A DNA stretch of 64,000 nucleotides from Saccostrea echinata (taxonomy: Eukaryota), in NCBI RefSeq assembly GCF_033153115.1, contig NW_026889772.1:13330001-13394000 (forward strand), read 5' to 3'. Below the pieces are notes generated by a model that worked only from the letters and a program-made list of their open reading frames with translations, made no database searches and was not told the DNA's origin. Of this stretch, positions 52,661 through 64,000 are shown in pieces (position 1 is the first letter of the stretch; the number at the start of each line of letters is the position of its first letter). Both the position numbers and the translations under genes were made by a program.

Positions 52661-54861
52661 AAATGAAATAATAAGGACTGTTGATAACATTATTTTCAAA
52701 CTTTTTCAAATTAATTCTAAGCAACATTCGAAACTGCACAATGAAACTGTCTCCAAATACAACATATATGCTTTGAATTTATAATTCACATGAATATTTT
52801 GACTCTTAAAGGAAAGATAACTCTTTATGAGAAATGATGTTTAGTTCTGACTCAGCGAAATGATGTCACAGTAAGCGATATGACGGAAACTTTTCAATGT
52901 GTTTAAATTCTATGGTAATAGGAGGTTAAAGATCAATGATTGAAATCTGATCATAATAAAGAACATATTAAAAAAGCTTAAGGAATTCATAAATTTTCTT
53001 GGATATTGGAATAAATTTGTATGGAAAATTGATTTTTATAGTGAAAATATCGATTTCATAGGAAAAGAAGGAATATTTGAACTAAAATGTCCGTCTGTCT
53101 GTCCGTAAAGTTAATTGTCTTGGAGTAGATTTAATTCAGTCCTGATGTACAGGTTTTTTGTTAATAAAGTAAAATCAGGAAATATTAAGACAGGTGCATG
53201 TATAAACAGTAATTTGGAAATCAAAAAAGGACAATAACCCACCCATCCCCTTTCACCCCAACCCCCAAAATACGAAATCTGACTAAATTTTGAGTTTTGT
53301 TGCTTTGAAGTGATAATTTTATTTAAACATTTAACATCAATAACTTTTAATTTATTGAACTCTTAAAAGACAGTTTCTGTTCCTGAAGCATATTAATCAT
53401 CTATATGACGTCATACACGTTAAAGCATAATGATTAACGTTTTTTGTTTTGTTTATAATTATCAATTCGTTAAACAACTTTACGAATATGAAAGCAGTTT
53501 TATCAAGGGTTCTTATACTTCAAAATTATAAGGTGTATGCTCGGTGCATATTGCCTTTGGACATATACATGTAGGATTCGCTTAGGGGTCATACCTGTTG
53601 TCACAAGACAAGAGCCAACCGAGTGCTAAAACTCTTGATATTTTTCGTCTCCCTCATACAATTTGCAAAAAAAAAAAAAAAAAAAAAAAAATTACTGATT
53701 CTTGTCTATGTTTCGAAAGGTTAAGATAATCTGATGAGATTTCGAATAAGCGTTAACTCGTAAATATTGCCTGTTATGTACTGGGTTGTAAGGATTTAGG
53801 AGGAGAAAGATTTTGGACTTGTATTGGTGATATAGCAGTTATTCTATGAAAAGGGACAAAGAAAGCATTTTTATATTATTGACGATATGCATTTGTTTGA
53901 CCTGTAATTTCTCTATCTTGTTCACTACTACATCACTTTTCAAGGATATGTTTTATTTGAAAAGCAGAATAGAAACTTGATTGAGCTCACAAAATGATAC
54001 TCCCGCTCCAATAGGAGTTTTCATACGGTCAAGGGTGATTCTTTAAAAATATCATCGATATTCGTTCGAGGTTTAAGAAGGAACTGCGTTAACAAAATGG
54101 ATAATTCCTTTGACAAGAATAATGGCAAAGTTCATATTTTGAAATAAGAAATCCCAAATATCTTTCTGATCAAAACGTAAAATTAAAAGTGCACAACACA
54201 ACGGTGTAACATAAAGATTAAATATGTGAAAATCTAATAAAATTTTATTCAGTTGTATAGGAGGATTCCGAATAAAAAAATGGATACTGGGAAACCCCGA
54301 TTCCGATGGAAACGTAAAAATAAGAGGTGCTTATTATAAGGCAATATCTTATCCATAAGTGCCGCTCTGCTCTGCAGGCCACACAAAAACTATGACTGAT
54401 CTTTGAAATAAGTTAATTGTAGTCTTTATCTTATGCCATCTGTGGACTTAAAATTTACAATGTTAACAATTTCAAACTTTAAATAGGACAAAAATAGACA
54501 CTTTAACTGACGTTGTAGGAACTGTTAAGAAAAGAAAAAATGGAAAAACCTGGTCTTTGGTTATGTTGTGGATATGAACGGAATCGGCATCATACTGGAG
54601 ATACCCTGGCTCTTCCCGTCCAGAGCGGGTCAAAAGTTCACAGGTCAGCTGGCGTTTGTTGAAATTAACAGCCTTACAATCGCTGTGATAAGAACACTGG
54701 TGCACACACATCTTCTGGCCGATCAAATCCAGAGTTTGAAGCGAGCTATTTTTTAGTTTTGATTCTGGTATTGTCATTGGAGTGCATCCTTGTATATTCA
54801 CATTCACCAATAATTCCAAAACACAAATAACGAGAATCCGCTTGGTCATTTCCATCTTCAT
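46642..54861 (-). CDS. Secreted protein, ~400 aa: signal peptide + PAN/apple domain + short 4-Cys (EGF-like) module + sushi/CCP + uncharacterised Trp/Cys-rich C-terminal domain
   Basis: Phase-consistent GT-AG exons: 54861-54550 (hydrophobic leader; CVHQC..C.AVNF....TCEL, PAN pattern), 52366-52282 (ISDFCSNKTCPAYHRCVSGKKKALC), 51929-51762 (phase 1-1 sushi: C...NG...GD.LEFTCANGY......C), 51462-51254 (WTIVFK...W), 48598-48429 (IFDG..S..DWFS.SRVINSSWSDV), 48258-48083 (GCPGDFGWF...C...YPVF), and a probable last exon 46724-46642. The last exon is the least certain. Confidence 0.75.
46790..47714 (+). mobile_element. Naiad-type element (B)
   Basis: GISIGTNCAP, AFNSTFRYIDEALSI and the 3' module. Confidence 0.8.
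50150..50920. mobile_element. Cluster of tandem and inverted Naiad-type 3' fragments
   Basis: B(-) 50150-50460, B(-) 50570-50750, B(+) 50755-50810, A(+) 50820-50920. Confidence 0.65.
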
Positions 54862-57089
54862 CTTCTTTTTAAAATCGGCAGTAATTTAATTTTTAGTTGT
54901 ATTTTTGTGTGATTTCCATTGACTATTTGTATAAACTTACAAGCATTTTACACAAATAAGTATTAAATCTTAAATGGTAATAAAACAAACTGTATTGTCG
55001 CATTAAGAATATTAACGTCTAGAGGTGGGTTTGAAAATACCATGAAATTACTTTTTTGATTAAATTGAACACATACACGTTTTTCAAGGACAACAAATAT
55101 TGATTAAAAAAACTATCCTGATTATTCGCCTAATATCCTTTGTTCTTAATTGACATTTTATTGTCCCAAGATGCAAATACAACACAATGGAAAAATATCA
55201 AAATAAGTCGGTTCCTACTACCAAATCTCTGCAGACTAAATGATTAAGTGCGTACGGAAGCCGATGACTGCACAGGATGAAAGTAACTATTCATAATTCA
55301 TAATTATTCATAACAGTAAAAATTCCATCAATAAATTGACGTCCAATGAACTCTTAACCCCAATTTAACTATTCAATATGCTTTCTCTGAAGGGATAACC
55401 CTGTAAAGAGTCTTCCAGGCTTTAATAATAGAGGATATAGAAAGTGAAATAATTATTTACATGCAAAATCAATTATCAAAACACAAAGAAATTTGATAAA
55501 CCAGTGTTACTAAAAAACATCTGCTACTTACTGATTTTTAGTTCAATGTTTAGTCTGGATGTTTTCTCTGTACTTACTTTTATTGAAATATTAATGTAAA
55601 ACAAGGCTGAAAGAAAATTGTTTGTTAACAAAATAAAATAGCATATTTATGATTTAGGAAATTATATAGAAAGAGTTAATAATTAATGTAAATAACATGA
55701 AAGCAGTCATCAGGAAAAGCAGATTTTTTCATTCGATTATTCGACAATCCAGAAATATGGAAAACTCAGGTACACATGTATCTTCAATTTTTTTCTTATC
55801 TCACTAAAGCAAGACTGTTTCTAGTATAGATCCCTTCAGATGGAGTAGAACTAACTCAGTCGATTTGATACCATGTTTCTGCAGGAGTCCTGCATTGATA
55901 AGTTCATATAAAACTCTCTCCTCGGGGATACTCCAATGGGACCCCGATACAGTAACGTTCCAAATATTACAATTGTGTGTTTATAGTAAATTACAAATTG
56001 TGTGTGTTTTCTGATTAGGTTATTCCAAATATGTGTGTTTACTAATTAAAAAATTACAATTTTGTGTATACTAATTATGAAATTACATTTATGTGTATTA
56101 AAAATTGCTCATGTAAACTAAAAAAAAATACAAATCATGTGTGCATACTACAAATTACAAATTGTGAACAAGGTATATAAATTAATTCGTTTTCATCTAT
56201 ATAATGACAGTTTTTATCAATTCTTTTGTGTAAATCTAAGATTTCAAGATCTTTGGACCTTTTCTACCATCTTCACATTAACTAAACCTAACACATGCTT
56301 TACGTTCAAAAGGCATTCATTTTTTGAATCACTATTTTTTTTTATTATTATTTTTAAGTTGATCTTAGAATAAAAATTAGTTTTTCTTACAAAAGATTTT
56401 TGTGAACAGTAAGAAAAAAAAATATAAAAAAAAATGTAGGAAAAAAATCAACTGACAATGCATAACATCTCAACTTCATCCATTTTTATAATGTACAAGG
56501 CATCAAAGAATGCAAATCTTTTTTTTTAGTATTGGCTTCTTTTGATATTGATAATCAGTAAATGCAATGTGACACTTCATTAAGGCGCATTTTCCGAGGC
56601 ATTTATATTGTGCTTGAAATTTCTCGATCCTAGGGAGGCCTGCCTTGGATTAATGTCTGGTTCTTTTGGAATGGTTTGAAAGCAAAGATTATTTTAGCAG
56701 AGTTTGGGCTTAGATGAACACTGTTCTAAGTCATGAGGATGAAAATGAGCCCCAGAAGACTTTATTTTACATGAATCCTTGGAAACAGAAAATTAGCATA
56801 GATTAGTATGTTATCACCTTCTAACAATCGCTGTGATAAGAACATTGGTGCACACACATCTTCTGCAATTTGATTAATGTGATTTGTACTAAAACAATAT
56901 TTTGATTCCCATCCCGATGAAGCTATTCATTTTTCCCCCTAAATTTTACATTCTTGTGCAAAAAATTAACAAAGAAAACATAAGTAGATTTTAAAGTAAT
57001 TTGGGAAATGTTACTTGAACTGAACCAAAAAAAAAAAATATTGATGAATAGAAATGCCAATTAAAGGACAACGTAATGCAAGGAAATTT

Positions 57090-60000
57090 TTAATTCAACT
57101 TCTCCGCCTTTAGAAGTACAGCAAATGCCTCTGCCTCTACCGTCTCTGAAATTCATAAACAAAACATTATATTTTTACGGATTTTATGGGTTTATGTTAT
57201 TGCTTTACAAACTCCATTTCTTAAAATCAATTCCATTAACGTAAGTAATAGTCAAATAAAAGAAAGAAACCAGAAAAAAAAGATTGGGCTTTACATACTT
57301 TTGCCATTTCAGTTATGATATATTTTTGATTCTTTTATTTGTCTGTTGTAAATGACAATATGTACAAGTTGTTCTAATTATTTTTTTGTAATTAATAATC
57401 ACTCATGGCATGATTCTTTCCATTTACTTTTTAAAAATCTTACTATATCCTTTTTATTTTTTAAACAACGAATTATTTTAGATAATAATTTCAAAATATC
57501 AACTCATACTAGTTTAGGATCAGATATACAATTTCTTCTCATTTAGAAAATTAATTTCGCATATTTTGCAATATAAAATTAAACATACCTCTAAGGTTTT
57601 TGGTCGAAGCAGTAAGTTTACAATTTAATTTGAATCGTTCTAGAAAATGTATCATTTTATCAGTCAATACTCACCAGAAGAAAAGTAACACGCAGTTGAT
57701 TTAGGGCACACTGGAAAAACTGGATAAAGCAATGCTAAATTGGAGGTCGTATCAAAGTTACAACCACTCGTAGGATTGAAGGACGAGAGAAACCATCCCA
57801 TGTCACCTGCGCACCCATGGTATGACTTTATAATGGTCCAAACTCTAGTGATTGTACCTCTTAAAAACATAAACGTAATTTAGATAGTCACAGTTATTGT
57901 AAATTTCTGTTAGAAAAGAATACAGTAACAGCCAGTCCTAAAACAGGTCTGCTTATGTGCACAAGTTCTCTGAAAGTGTACCAACTAACGGGTGTATATC
58001 TACACTGAATATAAAGATGATCTTGTAAAAATAAGCTACTGCAAGATAGAGAAAGTTTGGATATTGAAAAACAGGATGAAACTGAAAAACTGTGTCTTAT
58101 AAATCTGTGTATATAAAAAGCAGCAAATCCAGAATCAAGCGTCTGAAATGAAACATGTAGTTGAAAGCAAAGCACGTGCAATACTTCGTAGCCTGCCGCA
58201 AGTGCACTGCAAATCACTCTGGTAGGCTGCAAACTGACGCATTTCCATGTGCTCCATGGTTTACCTAACTGTTACTTTACCATACTATGATGATATCTCA
58301 GAAGGAAAACCACCAGACCCCTAAATCAACACAGACCTGAATTTAGGACAAGTTTTTTCAAATGGATCTTTCTTTTCAAAACTTGCAAAAAACGCATAAT
58401 ATTTTTCAGATAATGGTTTGGTGTGAATTGTACAGAAATAAAAAAGGTAAGAGGTTAGATCGTTGTTCTTTTAGTCAGGAAACGGGTACATTGTAACCTT
58501 GAAGATCTGTTCACAGTTCATCTTATCACATATTACTAGACTAATTTNNNNNNNNNNNNNNNNNNNNNNNNNNNNNNNNNNNNNNNNNNNNNNNNNNNNN
58601 NNNNNNNNNNNNNNNNNNNNNNNNNNNNNNNNNNNNNNNNNNNNNNNNNNNNNNNNNNNNNNNNNNNNNNNNNNNNNNNNNNNNNNNNATATTTACCCTC
58701 GTGACTGATTTAAAACAAATATTTCAAATCCCTACAGTATAAATTAAAAGTGTTGAACACGTCGGCTGACGTCACTCTGAAATTTCGTCGATCGTTTACG
58801 ATTAAAAAATGAATTCAGGGTTATATGAACTTTACGACTTGCTCAAATGGTGTTATATAAGGGAAAAATTCGCGGTTGTGAATAGAAACATTTAAGTACC
58901 AATATTTTAAATTTACAAATATTTTCTCTTCTGTAACACTATTTGTACAGAATCATTTTCGTCACATGACCATAAATTCATTATTTAGTCATAAAAGTTC
59001 GATGTAATTTCACAGGTACATTATAAGTGGTCGACGTGTTCAACGTTGAGCTTTGAAAAAAATAAATCATTTAATTAATTTAAAAGTAAAGTACACAAGT
59101 ATTTCTTATAAATCAACAAAAATTGTAAATGAAATATGGAGATAACGAAAGTATTCAAGCTCAAAGTCCATTAAAACAATACAAATCGGGAGCAGAGCAA
59201 ATACGGACCTCCAAAAACATCAGAGGTGGGATCAAGTGCCATGGAGAAGTGAACACCCCCTGCCGACCGGTCACCTCCGCCATGTGCTCCTTGTTATGAT
59301 CAGGAATAAACGGAAAAACCGTAGACAATTCAGAGTGAAAATAATGGCCTAACAATTAGAATGAAAAATGTCGGTCAGTATTTGACTAAATGATATGTTG
59401 TATTTGCTGACAAGGTCATTGTATCGACCATAAAACTCGAAACTGATGACTTCAAACGAATTGTTGATAGCTCTATAACTTGTTTGTCAATAGCTTGCCT
59501 CGTTTCAGAAATTGTTCATAGGTAGGGCATGCGTATCGAATCAACTGGGAGACAAAAATCCCATATGCAGATGATAAGGGTATATTGCTATATAAGTAAG
59601 GGAAGTTGGCGATTTAAAAGTTGAAGTCATCACATTTATCATAAAACTTTGTTGTTAGGTTACCTTTAACGTCTTTTTCTAGTAAAATATCCAAATATGA
59701 AACAGATGTGTCATACTCTGCAGTGTCTTTTATTTCAGGTTCACTGGATATATCGAGTCTACATATGAATGGAAGTAACTATTGTTAATTGATAGTACGT
59801 CGTCGTTATATCTACATGTCAATTTGAAGGTCACAGCAAGTGTTTTCTACTTCTCATGTAGAAGTTTTTGAACACATTCTGCTTCATATGAATACAAAAT
59901 AGGTCTGCTAATAAGGGGGCGCAACTGGATTGTTGGAAGACCTGATCTCCAAAAACTACATAGATATTGTCAATCAGAAACTCAAGCATCTTTTTAATAA

Positions 60001-62880
60001 TCAACTTCAGAGCACTTATGTGGACAATTTGTGGACAATCAGAATGTTTTTAACAAAATAATTTTGCAAATGACCAATGAAAAGGTAAGTATATTTATGA
60101 GTTTCATTTTTATTGAAAAAGCAGCTATGATTTCAAAAAGCTTGGATTTTAATTCATCGTGGGGAATGGTTGTACAAAGTGTTGAAAAATCGTACGTTTT
60201 GATATAATTGATTTTGGTAAAATTTCATTTTTTTAAAAAGTTCCTGAAAGCTTTTAAGTATCCACATCTGATTTACACCACTTCTCGAATATACTGTTGT
60301 ACAGTACTCCTGAAGTTTCTTCTCCACTTCTGTAAATATTTTAGCGAGGAGTAAAAAAAGGGCTCGGTAAAACATTTTCTGGAACCCGCTATGTATCTTT
60401 TTTAACGAGTTTTGGAATACAGTATAGGTGTGGTAAGATAAATTCATTATGATTTTTTTGGAATATTAAAAATATTTAAAACTGACATAAGGTTTTGAGG
60501 AATTTCCTCCTTAGAAAGAGAGCTATGGGTAGAAGTTGGATTACCACTAGCAGAATTAAATTCTAGCTCCTCTAAAATACAATTCAAATAATGAGCCTTA
60601 CAAACAAAGACAATTTTGTTACTTGCTTTGTCAGCGGGGACCAGCACATACTGATCGTGTAATCCATCTTGTTCTTGTTTCACTTCTGCATTGTCGAAGA
60701 CAGAAGGATAGATTGTTTTCATATTGCCACTCAATCGCTTAAGCGCGATTTCAACATCCAAAGTGTCATAAATACAAGTAATAATCAGTATCATTTTTCA
60801 ACATTTATTGGGATGTAAATACGGGATGGTTCGTGATCAATTCTTCCATAAAACCCTCAGGCTGTATGAGATTTGATCACATGACCAACCTGTAAAGTTT
60901 AAAAATGATAGCTTATTTCTTTAAAAATACACAGAAACATCCAGCGAGGCACCTCCGTGAAGACGAGCATGTGTTGAAAATCAAGTGCAAGCCCTAAATT
61001 TTAATAAATCTGGTAAATGCGGGAAGTTTACTATCATTTTTCATCTCAGAAGAAAATCTGTCCCAGTCTGTGCAAAAACGTCAGAATCGGGATTGATAGA
61101 TTCTATGTTGTCTTGCGTCCCATTTGAGAATTTGTCACTCATAAAGAGAGATTTTTCAGCTTTAGACCTTTATTTGGCACTCAGGGCCACTAAGCAGTGA
61201 GGGATCTTTATCGTGCCAACGCCTGCCGTGACACGGGGCCTCGGTTTTTAAGGTCTCATTCGAAAGATCCGAAACTTTCACTACGAAGTGCCGAGCGCTA
61301 GGCGAAAGGACAGTTGCTACCTATTTTTTCTATCTTCTTAGGTCAGTCGCGGCCGGAGTTGAACCCATGACCTTCTGAACATGGGAATCGGTAGGGAAGC
61401 CATGTTTTGTCGTAAACCCCAACCTAAATATACTGTTATGACACCTGTAACTTAACTCAGAATTCAAGTATTTTCCTAATATATGAAAAATATTTAATAT
61501 GACAAAGCAAGCTTCATGTAAATCTGTCTACATTAAGGAAAAATACTGATGACATTCTTTGACTGTGGTATTATTTGTATATTCAGTTAAACGCTTAACA
61601 TTTTATCAAACAATATATTTTTTTCAAATGCCCCCCCCCCCCTCGTATTATATAAATTAAGTTACTAATGAAAAATATTAAGCTTCTCCCGTTTTGTTTT
61701 CCATTTCATATCACAAATTTAGAAAATTAAAGCATTATTGAAACGTGTACNNNNNNNNNNNNNNNNNNNNNNNNNNNNNNNNNNNNNNNNNNNNNNNNNN
61801 NNNNNNNNNNNNNNNNNNNNNNNNNNNNNNNNNNNNNNNNNNNNNNNNNNNNNNNNNNNNNNNNNNNNNNNNNNNNNNNNNNNNNNNNNNNNNNNNNNNN
61901 NNNNNNNNNNNNNNNNNNNNNNNNNNTAAACAGAAATAAAAGTACGTCTGTGTGTTTGTGACGTCAGACCACGTGGACGACTTGACCCGACTTCCGGAGA
62001 ACCAGTCAAAGTTAGTCGAATTATATCCGTCAAAAACGATCTCTTGAGTCAGTGTGGAGTTAACAGTGATTACAAAACGAATCTAAAATACATTTATGAT
62101 TGATTTATTGATTGTTTATTTTACGTCCCTTGCAAAACATACATTTATGCACATATAAATTATTTCTAGAAAATCGTAATAAGACTGTAAATTTTATGAG
62201 ATTATGATATGTTACAAGCTAGTTAAAAGGAATCTAATTAATATCAGTGAAATTCTAGAGAAAATTAATTCTCATAAATCACAACTCAATTGATGATTTA
62301 CTTCTTGCACCCCTATTTGTTCCCAATCGTCAACGAGTCCTGTTCGGTAGGGGGTAGTACATCCGGTTACTTTATCCAGAGTCACGCAAGTTGAGGGGAA
62401 AGAAGAGTTTCTTTCTTGTTGTACCCCAGTATCTTCGAAGGATTCCAAAGGATGTGCACCACTGTTACTCTGGATTTTGAAGGCAATCGTCCATGGACCC
62501 TCCTTTTTGACTAAAATTACAATGAAATAATTGTTGAAATAATTTTCAAGACAATTGATAACACACACGTTCAAGGATAGAAAGAAAGATTCAAAAGAAA
62601 GAAATAATGGAAGTTGGCATGATTGAATAATAAACCTCTAAACCCTCGATACTTTCTATCCTTTAGTAATGTCTATATCTTAACTTTTGTTTGAGAAAGG
62701 AAAAGTTCTCACAGCAAGCTATTTTCTCAGCATATTCAATTTTCCCACTACTAAGACACCTGGCATCTATGATTCTCTTCGCATATCCATGGAAACATGT
62801 ATATTCCAAAGTATCGCCGACTTGAATCACATGACTTCTTACATTACCATTGAGGAGCGTTAAACCATTTGTCGGGCACC
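57090..62880 (-). CDS. Third paralog of the PAN-sushi-unknown-domain gene (partial; 5' exons not identified, probably beyond the window)
   Basis: Exons 62880-62713 (sushi, 168 nt, same length as the paralog), 62510-62302 (209 nt, same length), 62082 to the gap at 61926 (IRFVITVNSTLTQEIVFDGYNSTNFDWFSGSRV), 57859-57675 (GCAGDMGWF), and 57145-57090 (ETVEAEAFAVLLKAEKLN*). No stops in the visible exons. Confidence 0.75.
58548..58688. other. Assembly gap (N run)
   Basis: Run of N. Confidence 1.
59129..60760 (-). mobile_element. Naiad-type element (B), 1.6 kb, in an intron of paralog 3
   Basis: [18 protein letters not shown] (ORF 60447-60794), [14 protein letters not shown] relics and the 3' module. 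Confidence 0.85.
61090..61379 (-). mobile_element. Nin/Deu-core SINE (subfamily 1, slightly truncated)
   Basis: Matches 8699-9010. Confidence 0.85.
61751..61926. other. Assembly gap (N run) that hides the end of a paralog-3 exon
   Basis: Run of N. Confidence 1.
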
Positions 62881-64000
62881 CTGTCGTAAAAAATCAAATA
62901 TTTTCTTGATTTTGATAGACATACTTTTCACAGTCTAATTTTGTCATATATGATGGTGCGTCAATAGATAGGCCAGAGTCTGAACTCTGAAATCTATACT
63001 GTTACAAAAAAGGATCTGTCGCTGTATGCAATCGATTAAATCCAACAAAATTGTGATATGTCTTCTTGTATAACACAAGTACATTAAGAAATCATCGGTA
63101 GGAGACAAATAAAGCGACATGAAGTCGCACTATTAAGCAGTCATCAAGTGAATTAGACATTTTTTCAATGCAAGGTTCGGCAAATGTATATGTAAAGGGT
63201 TCTATTACAAATAATAAGATAAAGAGATTTGTGAAAAAAATATCAGAAGATAGAGAGTAAAATTAAAATGTTTTTTTTTTTTAATTTTCAATTGCGTGAA
63301 CTTCTACAGTTTCAAGCAACTATGGATAAAGAAAATGTGGAAACGTTGAAGTGCGAAAATGAAATAACTAATACAAATAAAACTGATTTACTAATCTATT
63401 CAACCATATTAGTCACTGAATGCATCAGATACAGAAATTTTTATGATTTAAAACAAAAGTATTCCATGTGAGTATCATGTAACTGCACAACTGTACAAAA
63501 TATCAAACGCTAAAACCGTATGATAATGTTCAAACTCTAAATGATATGTCGGAATCACAGTATTTCTGAATAATGACCTTGAAAATAATATAATTAATCC
63601 GATTTAATAAGAAAATAGATGCTTTCGAAATTGTTTAATTGCAGATTCCTTTGTAGTTTTTTTTTTAAAAAAGAATATGATGATTCACAAGGTAAAACAG
63701 ATACACACGAATCAAACACGGTAATTTTTTGAAGAATTTTGTTTATGTTATTACTAATGAATGTGGTGCAAAAACGTGAACAAAAAACTACACAATATTT
63801 TTAGTGCATAGTGTGTTCCATACGGAAGATACGTAGTCACTATTTTATAAATGTTCACCCAACCAAAAATGTCCAATATCAATTAGAACATTTAATTAGC
63901 ATTATGGATCTATAGTATGTTTCTCTACACTATGAAATATAGATTCTTGTATCTCTATACTGACCAGACATAGCACACAAGTCTTTGAGTCTCTACACCT

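Larger units (their letters stand above)
23400..57250. repeat. Tandem segmental duplication, unit 2
   Basis: See unit 1. It is longer because of unit-specific insertions and the deletion in unit 1. Confidence 0.85.

Noticed and set aside
190-57250. Units 1 and 2 as uncollapsed haplotypes
   Set aside because: ~13% divergence in exon 3 and largely different intron content argue for paralogy, although read depth was not checked.

Overview
AT-rich eukaryotic genomic DNA with three assembly gaps. The repeat content (Naiad-type Penelope-like elements, Nin/Deu-core SINEs, a Helentron-type MITE) suggests a bivalve, probably an oyster (inference). The window is built on an old tandem segmental duplication: unit 1 is ~190-21250 and unit 2 is ~23400-57250. 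Each unit carried, on the minus strand, an 8-coding-exon flavin-containing monooxygenase (FMO) gene and a gene for a secreted PAN/apple + Cys-rich + sushi + uncharacterised Trp/Cys-rich-domain protein. The two units decayed reciprocally. Unit 1 keeps an intact 538-aa FMO, but its PAN-sushi gene is deleted or disabled. Unit 2 has an FMO pseudogene (nonsense plus 4-bp frameshift) and an apparently intact ~400-aa PAN-sushi gene. A third PAN-sushi paralog runs off the right end. Introns and spacers hold many 5'-truncated Naiad-like retroelements, which share a GC-rich, apparently co-varying 3' RNA structure, plus SINEs, mariners, pogo-type MITEs, an L2/CR1 LINE and several long hairpins. Exon boundaries were read by hand from GT-AG sites and codon phase. 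No database searches were run.
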